A DNA stretch of 64,000 nt from the human T2T-CHM13v2.0 reference genome, Homo sapiens: the NCBI RefSeq assembly GCF_009914755.1, contig NC_060941.1. One strand, given 5' to 3'. The translations under genes were made by a program, and so were the position numbers. Under the pieces are notes generated by a model that searched no databases, was not told the origin of the DNA, and saw only the letters and a program-made list of their open reading frames with translations. Position 1 is the stretch's first letter. The number at the start of each line of letters is the position of its first letter. Positions 20,054-52,978 of this stretch are shown here, one piece after another.

Positions 20054-21677
20054 CTCACATTCTTTATCTCAAGCCCTCCTGGATCCTTCTTCACAAAGAA
20101 CCATGGAAGAAGGGAAGATGACCGTGAACCAAATTCTAGCTGGGAGCCAGGATCCCCCAGACATGACCAAGAGCCAAGGGGACATTCCTGGGAGAATCTG
20201 GGGGTCTGGGAGGCAGGACTCCTGAGTTAGTAGCCACCACGGAGGTTCCCCAGGTGGTGACGAAGTCCCCTTTGTGGGCCAAGCTGATGACCGTGTGTAA
20301 GGGGTACCCAGAGAGAAAACCCAACCCCTTCTCCTTGGCAGATACCAACACCGATGGAGATTTGGACTTACACTCAGGTGATAGGAACAGGTGCCATCCT
20401 GATTCCGTGCATGGAGGGACCATGTCTTGTTCTGTTTTCAGCCCCTGGCACTGAGCCTGATTCTCTGAACTGGGCAGGATTTGTACCCCAGGGTGGGGGC
20501 CCAGGCGTGAGCTGTGGGTACTGAGTCAAGCAAGGAGGTGGGCATAAAAGGCCTGGGGCATGAGGATTTCTAAACTCATAGAGGTGGAGTGAGAGGCTTT
20601 TCCAGGCCTTTGAGGTGGAAGAGGCAGGATGAGGCAGGGAGCGGGGGGCGTTAGACCAGGCTGGGCCCTCAGCAGATGGGGAGCCATCGATCGCCGCGTT
20701 TCGTGGATGACTCTGTTTATGTAAGAACAATCCAATCTGAGTCTCATTGCCACCCACGGAGGTCAGCTGGGAGCTGGCTGTCAGCTTGCTGCCCCCTGGA
20801 TCCCCTGCCAGCTCCCTGCGAAGCTCAAAGCTCAGACCAGACAAATTGCCTCCTGGCGTGGGGACACCACACCGCGAGTGAGCACTCTCAGCCCGACCTC
20901 CTGTGATTGAGGGCAGGAGCCCCATGTGTTTGACTCCATCGGCACAGAGTCGTTGTGAATTTAATGGGTTACCTGGGAGCACATTTTGCACCACGGAGCC
21001 ACAAGTGTTTGCCGAGTGAATGACCGGCTGTAGAACATTCTTGTCAAGAGTGACCTCTTCCACTTGAGCTGCCCCCGGCCCAGGCAAAATTCTCCCTCAT
21101 GCAACGGACCCTATTGGGTGAAGGTTGCCCTCCTGGCCCTCATTACCAGCTGCCTTGCCCTGTGCCTGCTGCCTCTGCACTTGCAGGGGTGATGGTGATG
21201 ATCAAATAAGATAATATATGTGAAGGCCCCAGGAAATGGGGGATGTTATTCAATTTGAATCCAACCAACACTCAGTGAGGCCTCCTGAGGTCAAGGCACC
21301 ATGCCAGGGCACTGGGGGCTACGATGATGTGAATCTGTGACTGCCTCTCTGGAAATCATGGTACACAGTGGGGGAAAACTTCATTAAGACTAATTGGAAA
21401 GGAGGGAACCCCAAGCACATGAAATGTCTGTCCTTTTCACTTCCCTCTGGAAGTGAACAGACATTGTTCACTTCTGGAGGAAAGCAGCTTGGTGTGATGC
21501 AGAGAAGCAGACCTCAGATCCAGAACGCTTGAATCTAACTCTGGGCAAGTTTTGTGACCCTTTCGGAGCCTATCATTATCTCCCTTATGAGGTGGCGCAG
21601 CTCAGTGAAGGGCCTGGCAGCCAGTGGGTGCTCGATGCTTCTGGCTGTTCTTTCCTCTACTCCAAAAAGGGCTCAGA

Positions 21678-21985
<308 letters not shown>

Positions 21986-22636
21986 GGGCTCAGAGCTGAG
22001 GGGCTGACCCGGTAGAGGCTGCTCCCCGAGAACAGCCAGGACTCACTTGAAATTAGCAGCATTTATTTACATGCTACTCACAATGCTCTAAATACCTTTA
22101 ACATGTTTGTTTTCAGAAGCAGGTTAAACACAGACTCCTGTAATTTTGTTTACACTATTAATTCATTCAGCCAACCATGTCTTCATGGGGAGAACGGAGG
22201 GAAACTTATGTGGCACTGTCGCCCAATCCAAGGAAGTGGAGATGGAAGTCACGAGCCAGGTGGACGGGTGTTGGCAGCAGACTGCACTGGACTTAAGCCT
22301 GTGGGGATTAGCTTGGAGCCTCACCTAAGACCTGGGGGCCACTAAGAAGGCAGAACTCCTAGCAACCCACCGCCAAGGCCGTAGAAGGGTGGAACAGACC
22401 TCCAGGTGCAATTACTCCCAAACCCACGGAGAAGAGGAGGCCCTTTAGGGCGTATTGGGCTGTGAAGTGAAGAGCCGGGCTCAGACCTCAGGCTCCAGGA
22501 GGAGGCAGAGTGAGAACTGTTTTCTGTATATACTCAGAAGTTTCCTGAGGTCTTAAGAGTAGCAAGGTGAGAAAGGGAAGGTGTTGCTATCCTATCTAGG
22601 TGTACAGAGAGACACACACACCAAGGATGGAGACGG

Positions 22637-22642
22637 TTTATT
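22637..22642 (-). terminator. KIF18B poly(A) signal
   Basis: AATAAA on -, followed by GU-rich gtgtgtgtgtctct, about 1.35 kb after the stop. Confidence 0.8.
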
Positions 22643-23076
22643 GTTATACCAAAAATATATGTATATATCTATATATATATGCAGAAATAAAGGATCAGAA
22701 GGCTATAAACCCAAGTATCATTAGCATTTATATCTAGGTGCAGCATTAAGCCTGAATTCCCCTTTACACTTTTACACTGAACGTGTATCCTATGTACAAT
22801 AGAGTTAAGCAATAAAGCTGTCTTCATTTGGAAATCAAGGCACCATTATCATCCACATCTTCACCAGGACTGTGGTTGGGGACCAAGGGGAGTAGGGATG
22901 AAGATGTCCCTCTCAGAAACCAGGAAGAGCCAAGCCGCGACTCCCCGCTCCCCAACCCATCCTCATTCCTCCTCTACTGCCTGTGGCCATCACCGTGGGG
23001 CCTGTGTTAGAGACAGGTGGGGAAAAGAGCCCAAGAGCCGTCTGCCTGCACAGAGGGCATCATAAATGAGAGGGGA

Positions 23077-23367
23077 GGCCGGGCGCAGTGGCTCACGCCT
23101 GTAATCCCAGCACTTTGGGAGGCCGAGGCGGGTGGATCATGAGGTCAGATCGAGACCAGCCTGGCTAACACGGTGAAACCCCATCTCTACTAAAAATACA
23201 AAAAATTAGCCAGGCGTGGTGGTGGGCGCCTGTAGTCCCAGCTGCTTGGGAGGCTGAGGCAGGAGAATGGTGTGAACCTGGGAGGCGGAGCTTGCAGTGA
23301 GCCAAGATCGCCACCACTGCACTCCAGCCTGGGCGACAGAGCGAGACTCCATCTCAAAAAAAAAAAA
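23077..23367 (+). mobile_element. AluY in the KIF18B 3'UTR (antisense to the mRNA)
   Basis: Y diagnostics ggctaacacggtgaaacc, gaatgg..tgaacc, gagcttgcagtgag. Confidence 0.9.
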
Positions 23368-23393
23368 GATGGGGGAACATGGCAGCACCTTTA

Positions 23394-23795
<402 letters not shown>

Positions 23796-23987
23796 TTAAC
23801 AGAGGGTGAGTAGCAGGATGGATGTCTGGGGAGGGATGTTAATACAGCAAAGGTGTGTTGGCACTAATTGCTCCCAGGTAAGGAAGGCAGGTCCAGCTCC
23901 TGGTGCAGGTGGCTACAGGTCCAAGAGGGGTATCCAGCAGAGGGGCCGGTAGGTTAGGACACCTTGGTGGTCAGGACATTCTGGCGG

Positions 23988-34252
<10,265 letters not shown>

Positions 34253-34314
34253 CACTGTGGTGACACCTGGGTGAGACATGGTGGAGCTGAGGACCAATCC
34301 CACCCCAGGCCTGA

Positions 34315-34840
<526 letters not shown>

Positions 34841-35796
34841 TCAAATGACTATATTGTTAGAGGCCTCTTACTGGGCTTTCTAGTATGTTCCACAAATCCA
34901 TTTGTCTATTCTTTTTTTTTTTTTTCTTACCTTTCATAACCCTCATGTATCTCTGTCTATTCTTGGGCCAGTGCCACACTGTTTCCATATTACTTTACAG
35001 TATGCTTTCCAGCTAGTAAGGCAAGAACCTCTTCATTACTCTTTCTTTTCTATAGCTTTCTTGGCTATTTTCAGGCATTTATTGTGCTACTTGATTTTAA
35101 GAAAATTTTATCAATTCTACCCCCAACCTAGAGCCCTCTCCTCCCTCAAAAACCCTACTGGGGCTACAGTTTGAATTGTATTACATTTACGTATTTATTA
35201 TACTGAGCCTTTTATTTTATTTTTTTACTTTACATAAGCCTTTAGCAGCCAAGTGTATTAAACTCTTTCAGGCAAGATTGTGGCTACTGCCTTTCTTTTT
35301 GTTCAGATATTTTTTATGTCCCTCAATAAGATTTTATAGTTTTCTATCTCTTCAGTTAGTTCTGTAATTGTCCTTTTAATATATTTCTCAGGTATTTTAT
35401 GTACTTAATTGCTCCTGTGGATGGAACACTTTTCCCCATTTACATTTCCAGCTGATAATTACTAGTATGGAGGAACACAACTAATTTTAGATATTCACAC
35501 GATATCTACCATCCCCAAACTCTCTTATTAATTTCATTTATTTTTATTAGAACTTATTGGGTTTTCTAAGTATACAATTATGTATCAGAAGAGGAAAAAA
35601 TTTTTACCTTTTCTTCTCCATATTCATACCCAATATTTCATTTCTTGTCTATTGCAGTCTCTAGAATTTCTAAAACAATGTTGAATAATAATGATGATAA
35701 TGTGCATTCTTGTTTTGTTTCTGATTCTAAAGGAAATGGCTTTAGTGCTTCCCTATTTAGACATTAGTTTTATACAAGTAGTCTTTATAACATTAG

Positions 35797-36347
<551 letters not shown>

Positions 36348-36633
36348 TAAATAGTCAGACATGTCAATCTTTTCTTTTATAGCTTTTATGTCATACTTAA
36401 GAAGACATTTCTTCTCCAAGGTAATAAATCCTCTTCTTATATTTCTATCTAATATTTTTTCTTTCTTACATTTAGGTTGTCATGGAGATGGAATTTTTTT
36501 TTTGTGTGTGAACTGTGTGAGGAAGTTTCTAAATATCTTTTCTTTCTAATTGGTAAGCAATTATCCCCAAGGTCATTTATCGAATAGTGCATTCTTCCTC
36601 CACCAATTTGAAATGCCAAATTTAACATAACTA

Positions 36634-37454
<821 letters not shown>

Positions 37455-37698
37455 TTATGAACTTCTATGAAAAATCCTGCTAAGATTTTAATTTGGATTA
37501 TTTTGAATTTATAGATTAATATGAGGAAAATTGGCATCTTTACAATATCAAGTGTTCCCACCTAGGAACTGATATCTCTTTCCATTTATTCACACCTTTA
37601 CAGTCTTTAGTAAAATTTTATAATTTTCTTCACATGGGTATTATATATTTCTTGATAGGTTTATTACTAGTTATTACATGATCTTTGCTATATTATGA

Positions 37699-37978
<280 letters not shown>

Positions 37979-38425
37979 ACTCCTTTTAAAATCACATTTT
38001 CAAACTCCTTCTTTCCAGAAGATAGGAAAGCTACTGATTTCTGCATGCAGATCTTGTATCTGGCCACATTGCTGAACTCCCTTATTGGTTCTAATAGATT
38101 GTCATTGATTATCTTAAGTCTTTCAATTAAATGATGATATCGTTTGCAAATAATGAGAGTTACTTTCTATTTTTAGCTCTTCTATGTTTAGCTCCCCACC
38201 TCCACTGCCCATTAGGAAGGTAGGAATGGGTGTTGAATTTTATCAAATGCTTTTTGGCACTTGTTGAAGTGATCACACATATTTCTCCTTTAATCTATTA
38301 ATGTAGAGGGTGACTCAACAGATTTCCTAATGTTGACCTGGTAATAATTCCAAACATATATTTACTCATTCACTCTTATATCATCCCCAGACCTCTCTCC
38401 CTGGTTTTTCATTTCTCTTTCGAAA

Positions 38426-38500
38426 CAGCGTACCAAAGGTAGGGATGGAATTTTTGGAATGCAGCGTACCAAGGGTAGGGATGGAATTTTGGAATGCAGC
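38426..38500. repeat. ~36-bp tandem duplication
   Basis: cagcgtaccaa(a/g)ggtagggatggaatttt(t)ggaatg twice. Confidence 0.9.
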
Positions 38501-38854
38501 CTGGAAAAGTTCAGCCCAACTCTGGGGATATATTGACAGGGGTGAGGAACAGGGGCTGTTCCTGGGCGTTATGAATAGATGGATGCCTTCCAGGTAAAGA
38601 CTAGCTTCCACTGGTGGGTCACAAATGCCAAGGTCATTCAGCAAAGAAAAGTGGGGTTTCTACCTGACACTCTAGCAAACAGCTAAGGTTTTCCTTGGGG
38701 AATGAGACAGAACTGAGCTGATTTGAAACTCCTGTCCCCTCATCCCTAAACTTCTTAACTTCGTCCCCATATAAAACAAGAAAAAGATATCAACCAACCA
38801 TAATCCTTTTACATGTATGTAATTCTATTCCTGTCCCAGCAATCAGATTGCCAT

Positions 38855-39095
38855 AGTAAGCATATTAGCTAAGTGCTCACTGCATCAGGAACTGTTCAAA
38901 GCACCTTATGCATATCATCTCCTTTTATCCCCATTGCAATCTCACAAGATGGATACTATTATTATACTCATTTTTCAATGAAGAAATTGAGACAGAGAGG
39001 GTTAAGCAATTTGCCCAAGGTCTCAATGCTAGTGAGTGATGGAGCCCCATTCCAATCCAGGCAGTCTGACTACACATCGGGCTATACTGCCTTAT
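38855..39095 (-). mobile_element. MIR
   Basis: atgaagaaattgagacagagagggttaagcaatttgcccaaggtc. Confidence 0.8.
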
Positions 39096-39225
39096 AGTGA
39101 TATTATATATTATGCTACAATGATCACATCATTGTAATAGTCCCTTATGTTTGTATAATAATTATAATTCCTTTTATGGAATTAGCATTCTGTATTCTAC
39201 ACTTTCAAATATATGGACTGTACCT

Positions 39226-39535
<310 letters not shown>

Positions 39536-40833
39536 TGTACCTAATTTTCAACAGAGAGGGTTCCTGTCTCCTACTCTTGCAGACCTACCCCCAGGAAACC
39601 CCACTTTGGCACCCGGGGAAGGGAAGGCAGAGGGTGCCTGGGTCCACATTTCCCAGCAGTCCCTGCTCCCCATGGGGAGGGCTTTAGCTGAGGAGGAGCC
39701 ACAGAGCAGCCTAACATTCTAAGCAGGAAATTAAAAAGGGCACTGGCAAAGGAGTGCTCATAACCTTTACAGTTCTCTCCTCCCGCCTCCTGAGGGCCAG
39801 TGTGGCTGAGTCTGTTTGCCTAATGAGATGTTTTCCTTCTTGCTGAGATGGTGCTGGGGGCGTGGGGCACAAAGTGTGGATGACACTTGGCATAGCCGCC
39901 GCTAGGATGCCTGGGTCCTGGTCCCTGTTCAGCATCTGACCAAGGGGGAGGTCTTTCCACAAGCCACACCAGGTCAATGTCGCATCAGCTTCCCTCTTTG
40001 AGAACCAGAGAAAACAGCTACCGATCTGCTCCCGCCCCAGGGGATGGGGAGATTAATGAGAGAATGTGTGTCAAGTTTGCTTTGATCCTTGGTTGGAAAG
40101 AGCATTTCAGCCCAAAGTACAAGGGAGATGATTCTTTAATAAGATCTTCAGGATTCTCAGCCAGCCACAGTCACGTCCTGTTTCTAACCCAGGGCAGCTC
40201 ATTAAAACCCAGAGGCTAGTGCTCTGCCAGGCTGGGGCTGGGAAGCCAAGATTCTGTTGTTTTGGGGAGAGCCTGCTCTGCCCACCCTAGTAGAGACAGG
40301 TCCAGTGAGCCCAAGCTCCTCACAAGTCCCTGGAGAAGAATTTCAGAGGACTTGAGGGAATCTACCTGCAGACTCTGGAAGCTGAGGAACGTAGTAGGGG
40401 TGAGGGGGTAGGGGAAGAAGCCCAGCCCCTGGACGTCCTATTTTTACAGGCGATGCTGTAGCCCCCTTCATCTCTCCTTCACAACCCTAATACACTTGTT
40501 TTTTTGTCCTTAAACTCCAAGAGGAGGACCTTCTTCTGACATAGTCTGTGTACCCCAGGTGCCTGGGCACCCGGCCCAGCATGCAGCAGATGCTGAATTT
40601 GTCCTATGAATAAATAAGGGCCAGAGAAGAGCAGAGTCTGAATCCAAAAATCTAAAAATAATTATTATTACAGCTAACATTTACTTAGTGCTTACTATGA
40701 ATTAGACACTATGCTAAGTGCTTTACAAATGGTGTTTAACTTTCACAACAATTGTCATATCCCTACTGTACAAAAGGAACAGGAGGCACAGGAACTTGTC
40801 TCCCAAATGTGAAGTAGCAAGGCTAGAACTTGA

Positions 40834-41297
<464 letters not shown>

Positions 41298-41594
41298 TCT
41301 TTTGTTTTTTTAAATAGACAATCATAAGGCTGTAATTGATGATAGCGTTGTTAGTTTCTTTCTAATCTTATTTTATTTTTATTTATTTTTCTTGTCTTAC
41401 ATTTCTGGTTAGGACCTCCAGCACAATATTGAATAAAAGCAGTAATAGTGAGTATCCTTGCCCCTTTCCTGATTTTATAAAGAATCCTTCTACTATTTCA
41501 CACTTTGTTGGTTTAAGGAAATTTGTCTCCATTTCTAGTTTACCTATATATATTTAAAAGTCATGAATGGATATTGAACTTTATTGAATTCTAT

Positions 41595-44024
<2,430 letters not shown>

Positions 44025-44737
44025 TTATACAATACTCTGATAATTGTTTAGATTTGTTTTGTGGCCAGGTAGAAAAACAATTTATAAATTTATAAAATAT
44101 GCTACATGGATACTTTTTTTAACTTCTATTTTATTTTTTTGCAACAGTATACATGTATACTTTTTTAAAAAGGTATAAATGGAATTCGGTTAGATAATAT
44201 AAAGACCAACATCTTAAAATAACTCTCTAGGGGTAGGGAAATTCAATAATGAAATGGGCAGAGAATGACTGGATACCTTTGTACTTGAAGCATGGGATGC
44301 AGTGACTGGGGAAGAAATAGAATAGGGAGAAGATTGGAGAAAGCAATATAACATTGAGATGTTCTCCTCTAAACTAGGCTTAACTTCTCTGAGCCTCAGT
44401 TTTCCAACCTGTACATTGTAAATAATATTAGTATCTACCCCATATATTTGTGAAGATTAAATGAGTTCATTCAAACCCGGTAAGTGCTCAATAGATATTA
44501 GTATCACTGTTAGAATTATATGACATATGGCATTTTCCCATGACGATGGAGGAACCAGTGTCTTCAGTAAAATCCCTTAAGTTCTGTGGCACAGACCAGG
44601 CTTAATCTTTTCCATGTCACTTCAGTTCCCTAAAAGGTCAAAGCTAAGGGGAGATGCATCCTAGGAGCAGTAACAAAGGCCTGGTCTTCTGTCATATAAA
44701 TGTTCTTTCACTTGTTCCTTCATTCAATCAAACATTT

Positions 44738-45107
<370 letters not shown>

Positions 45108-45179
45108 TTACATACTCCTCACTGACATGCAGGGAGTCCCAGGCCTTTAGTTGTAGCGTGCAGAAGAGCCCAATTCTTC

Positions 45180-45900
45180 CTCACTCGCGAGCAGGAGGAC
45201 CTTTCACGGGGCCGACGTACAGAGGGCCAGGCCCCGGTGGCAGATGTGCAGGCCCAGTCTAGGTCCAGCATAGATGAGCGGAGGGGTCCTGACCACCCGT
45301 ACTGGTGTGTAAGGAAGCGCTCCGCTTCCCGCCCAGTTTAAAGGGGTCCATGCAGACAGAGCCTGCCGGGGCGGCAGCAAAGCTCGTTCTCCGCGCCGCA
45401 CCTTGACGTCCAGCACAAAAGAGGCCTGGCACAGGCCTCCCGCCCGGAGCAGCTGGGTCTGCGCGTCCGAGACCTGAGAGCAGGCGTTCGCGCGGTCGGT
45501 TCCGCCGTGGGCCAGGACTTACCTTTCGTCGGTTCTCCGCCGCTGGCGTCGCTGCTTGCTCACGGGTCCCACAGCCACACCACAGACAGCAGTACCCACA
45601 CCGGGAGAGAGCGCCCCACACCCTCCCCTACCCGCGCCAACCTCCACCCGGCGCCTTGCGTTCAAATTAGCCGGGCGGGCCGGACCGTGCTTCCTATTGG
45701 TCAGCGTCCGTATCGCTGATTGGCTGTTTCCTAAGTAACAAAGTGTTGCGAGAGCCGTTCACAGTGCGCTTGCTCACTTCCTCTTCCTGTCGGCTGCAGT
45801 TTCCCAGGCGGTGTCTCCGGGGTTGGGCACACGAGAGTAGCGGGCAGAAGCCAACGCAGGGTTGGGATACGTGGGGCCACAGCCAGTCTCTGTGGTCCCC
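45180..45900 (-). promoter_or_regulatory. KIF18B CpG-island promoter with a CHR and two CCAAT boxes
   Basis: TTTGAA on - at 45666-45661 preceded by a GC-rich CDE-like block; CCAAT on - at 45700-45696 and 45723-45719; CpG dense. Confidence 0.85.
45523..45620 (-). other. KIF18B: KIF18B non-coding exon 1 (5' end approximate)
   Basis: Consensus donor AAG|GTAAGT at 45523/45522, inside a CpG island just downstream of CHR/CCAAT. Confidence 0.8.
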
Positions 45901-47881
45901 GGGTCTAGGCTTAGCACCAGTTACAGCAACCAGACATCCAACAGGTGTTTAAACCTGTTTTTTCTGTAGGCTAAATTCACATCCGTTTGTCAAGAGGGGA
46001 TTGTCAACCTCTGTCCAGCGTCTCTTTCCGCTGCAGGACCATCCCAAGATGAACTTAAAGGACAGCCTTGATGTGGCAAAGCCGGCGGACGCCAAGAATG
46101 GCAATTCCATCCGCTTGGCTTTGACAGTGTCAGAAGCATGATGCCTGACGATTGCGCATGAGGGTCGGCCCCTTACGGCAGCGGTGGGGTGCACTGCCTC
46201 CATAGTACACCGCTGCCCGCTGCTTGGATTCTGGTGGGCCCACCTCATGCTGATTTCCAACACCTGAGGTTGTGGGAGTTGAAGAGTTTCCAGTTGTGGC
46301 TCAGTCACTAACTAGTGCTGAGACTGCGAGGCACTTCAGCTCTCTGAGTGTCAGTTTCCTCATCTATAAAATGGGGCCGATATCCTGCCCTTCCTACTCA
46401 CCTAGGAGAGCGTAGGTATGAAAGCCTTCCAACGTCCCCAGCATATGTAAGGGATAACCTTTATACATTTAATTAGAACCAAATAGGTGAAGGCTGCAAA
46501 GAGCCAGGTGCTCATTACTTTTAGGAAATCTTCAGTACATCTGTTCCCACACTGGGACTATGAGCAGGTTTGCGGCATGTAAGAGAAGGGTGAGGCAAAA
46601 CTCCCTCATCAGACTTGCCATCAGGATAAGGGTTACTATTTAATACCTAGTTGACTTGGCCCAAACTCATTCACCTCCCTGGACCCCAACTGACCCCTAT
46701 ACAATAGAATAGCATTGCTGGTTTGGTGAGGTTAAAACCAGAAAATTATGTGGAGGTGCTGGTCATTGTAAAACTACAAGAAATTTGGAGTACTCTTGCC
46801 ATCTCCACAACTCATGATAAATAAAAACAAAAAATGAAGGATGGCTTACAGCATAAGGGTCTCTTCCTCCCTTACTGGGATGTGTATTTTAACAGAGGTT
46901 TTGGCTCCCCAAGAGCCATCAGGGGAGCCTCTTGTGTCCTATAAGCCAGGTCTTGCCCTGGTCCTCTTCTGGTCCACACAATTAACTGGAGGTTAGGTGA
47001 GCCAGGACAAGGCAAGGGGCAGAGTCCAGCCCTGCTGCAGGCAGGGGACAGGGGACACTTACTTGCTGGATAATCTTGGGTAAGTCACCAAGTCTCTCAG
47101 AGCCTCAGTTTTTGGAGTTATAAAACAGGGAATGAAAGAATACTTAGCTTGTTACAAAGATTAGAAAAAAAGTAGGTAAAGCCCCTTGCTGACATTCAAT
47201 AAAATGGTAATGGGTGTTCTCATATTCATTTATTTAACAACTACTTACTAATATGAGACAGGTGGGCTCAGAGAATAGGCTGCTCAGTAATCAACACCCT
47301 CCTCCTAGCCTCGTGGAGCTTGCAGCCTATGGGAGAAATTAGACAATTAAGTAGGAACAATGATGTGAGACATAGACTATAATGAGAACATGCAGGGGGA
47401 AACAGGGCTGGGGAGTGGCATGCTAGCTGAGGGCTGTAGGGAGATTGGGAGCTTGCCTGGCAGGTGAGGCTGTTCCTTGGATCTCAGAAGACAAGGGAAG
47501 ACAATCTCACAGGTGAGAGGGTCAACCTTGGCGAATAGTGCTGAGAGGTCTTGGTAGGGCCTGACCAGGCCCACCTTAGTGAACACAAATGGAAATTTTC
47601 CGGGCCCTACACTGCAGATGCTGATAAGGGATGAGATTGGTTTGGAATTAGCCCAACAAGAATTTCAAGGCCTAGAACCCTAACCTGAGGACTGGGTGCA
47701 AAATTTTTTTCTTGTGTGGAGGCAGAAGGTGATTCTAGGCTGATGTGATTGGGGTGTGAAAGGCAGCAGGCTCTGTCTTCTTAGGAAGTGTGTGGACATC
47801 TCACTACCTGTGACTTCTGAGACCACCGACCCCAGGTGCTCAAAGGAAGCAGAGGAAAGGCACATCCTCCCATCCTCCCAC

Positions 47882-47937
47882 CTGTACCCTTATCATTGCA
47901 GAGCCTTTGCTGTACCCTTATCATTGCAGAGCCTTTG
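47882..47937. repeat. Perfect 28-bp tandem duplication
   Basis: ctgtacccttatcattgcagagcctttg twice. Confidence 0.95.
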
Positions 47938-47960
47938 CACCACGGTGTGGCATTAGCTAC

Positions 47961-49783
<1,823 letters not shown>

Positions 49784-49856
<73 letters not shown>

Positions 49857-49996
49857 ATATGTATATATGTATATATACGTATATATATGTATATATGTAT
49901 ATATACGTATATATGTATATATGTATATATACGTATATATGTATATATACGTATATATATGTATATATGTATATATGTGTGTGTGTATATATATAT
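49784..49996. repeat. Compound microsatellite (TC)n(TA)n(TATATG/TATATACG)n
   Basis: Direct reading. Confidence 0.95.
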
Positions 49997-50061
49997 CAAG
50001 AGGTGTGGTTATCAATTAAGTGAAGTCCTGAAAAAGGCTGGAGACTTTTGCCAATCTTTTT

Positions 50062-50160
50062 CAACCATCCCAATTCATCTGGCTGGGACTTAGGGGTTTC
50101 ATAGGACTTTCAGTTTTAAACTGGGACAGTCCTGGACAAACAAGGACAAGCTGGTCACGC
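50062..50160. mobile_element. Possible hAT-Blackjack-like DNA transposon relic (MER81/MER94-like)
   Basis: aaactgggacagtcctggacaaacaaggacaagctggtcac resembles the terminus of these elements. Confidence 0.4.
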
Positions 50161-50449
50161 CGGTGGGAGGGCATAGGATGCAGACAGAGCATCTTCCATG
50201 AAAGCAAGAAAGGTGAAGAGGAAGGGCGCAGGTTCAGGGAAGTTTGTGATTTTATGGTGGAAAGTTGATGGGGTGAGGCTGTCTCTTGTGACTTCTGGCT
50301 TCTCTGTGGGGTAGGACATGTGATCACCCATTGGGTAGGCACCTTTTACACTCTATCTCCTGCCCTTGCTGCTGGGCCTGCAGATCTATCTATCTGCAGG
50401 TACTCAATAGATATTGGCTAAAAGAATCAGTGAATGAATGAGACTGGGG

Positions 50450-51185
50450 TAGGTCTCACAGGTTGAGTCCTCTGTAGAGAGACCCTGGGACAGAGATCAG
50501 GGTGCAGGAAGTTTATTGGAGCGTGCTCTTGGAATTAACACCTGTGTTTTGTTTTGTGCCAGGGTCTTGCTCTGTCGCCCAGACTGGAGTGCAGTGGCAA
50601 TTGCTCACTGTAGCCTTGAACTCCCAGGCCCAAGTGATCCTCCCATCTCAGCCTCCTGAATAGCTGGGACCACAGGCACACACCATCATGCCTGGCTAGT
50701 TTTTGTTTTGTTTTGTTTTGTTTTGTTTTGTTTTGTTTTGTTTTGAGACAGGGGTCTCACTATGTCTCAGAGGCTGGTCTCAAACTCCTGGGCTCAAGCA
50801 ATCCTCCCACCTTGGCCTCCCAAAGTTGAGATTACAGGCATGAGCCACTGCACCTGGCCAAATTAATACCTGTGGAAGAGAAGGAAACAGGATTGGGCAG
50901 AGGGAGAAGTTGAACTGGGAACTCTGAAGCGGGGAAGACACTTCAGAGCTGCCCTGAGTAGGGGGTGGAGGGCCAGGCAGATAAAACCCATGCTGATCAG
51001 TTATGGGAAGCAGGCTGCTCTGAGAAAGGGGCAGGACATTGAGGAAGGCAGCTCACATCAGCAGGGGAAATCCTGAAAGGGGGCTGGTAGCTAAGAGCCA
51101 TCTGCTGGCAGCAGTCTCTGGAGTTCGGGGACAAGATCCTTCAGTTCTGAAGGAGACCTGGGCAGTGCACCGCAGCATCCATCAC
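50450..51185. mobile_element. Old ERVL-type LTR fragment interrupted by an AluJ (50545-50858, -)
   Basis: ggaagtttattgga...ggattgggcagagggagaagttgaact; the Alu has TSD aattaa(c/t)acctgtg and an internal (TTTTG)n. Confidence 0.5.
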
Positions 51186-51426
51186 AGCAGAGAAAGGTGA
51201 AAGTTTAAGGAGAGTGAGAGATGGTGAAACAACTGCTCTTACGGTAGAATGGCTATTATGCGGCTGGCACAGTGTTACAGTACTGAGTGAGACAGCCCTA
51301 CTTGGAAGATGCTCAGTCCAGCCTTGGAGGCTTTGGAGCCTTTGGAGAGAGACCTGCTGCGGGAGTGCAGAAAAGCTTCATGAAAGAGCAGCCAATCTGC
51401 CTGGGCTTTAAAGAATGAGCAAGCAT

Positions 51427-51813
<387 letters not shown>

Positions 51814-51969
51814 CTAGCCCAGGCAGTTTTCCTAGTCCAGGCCAGTGCTTACCACTGAAGGAGCAAAGGCCTGTGCCTTGAAGGCCTGGGAAGGAGCCCT
51901 CAAATTTTACTTTCATCATCTGGGAATAGGCAGGAGCCCCATCCCCTGAAGAAGCTGCTCTCTGGGTAG

Positions 51970-52978
<1,009 letters not shown>

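Noticed and set aside
20374-21087. 237-aa intergenic ORF on -
   Set aside because: Non-ATG start, no recognisable domain or exon structure; compatible with chance in GC-rich DNA
40030-40110. Enhancer-like block with GATTAATGA and CTTTGAT
   Set aside because: Better explained as an ancient MIR/CORE-SINE remnant; no further support from sequence alone
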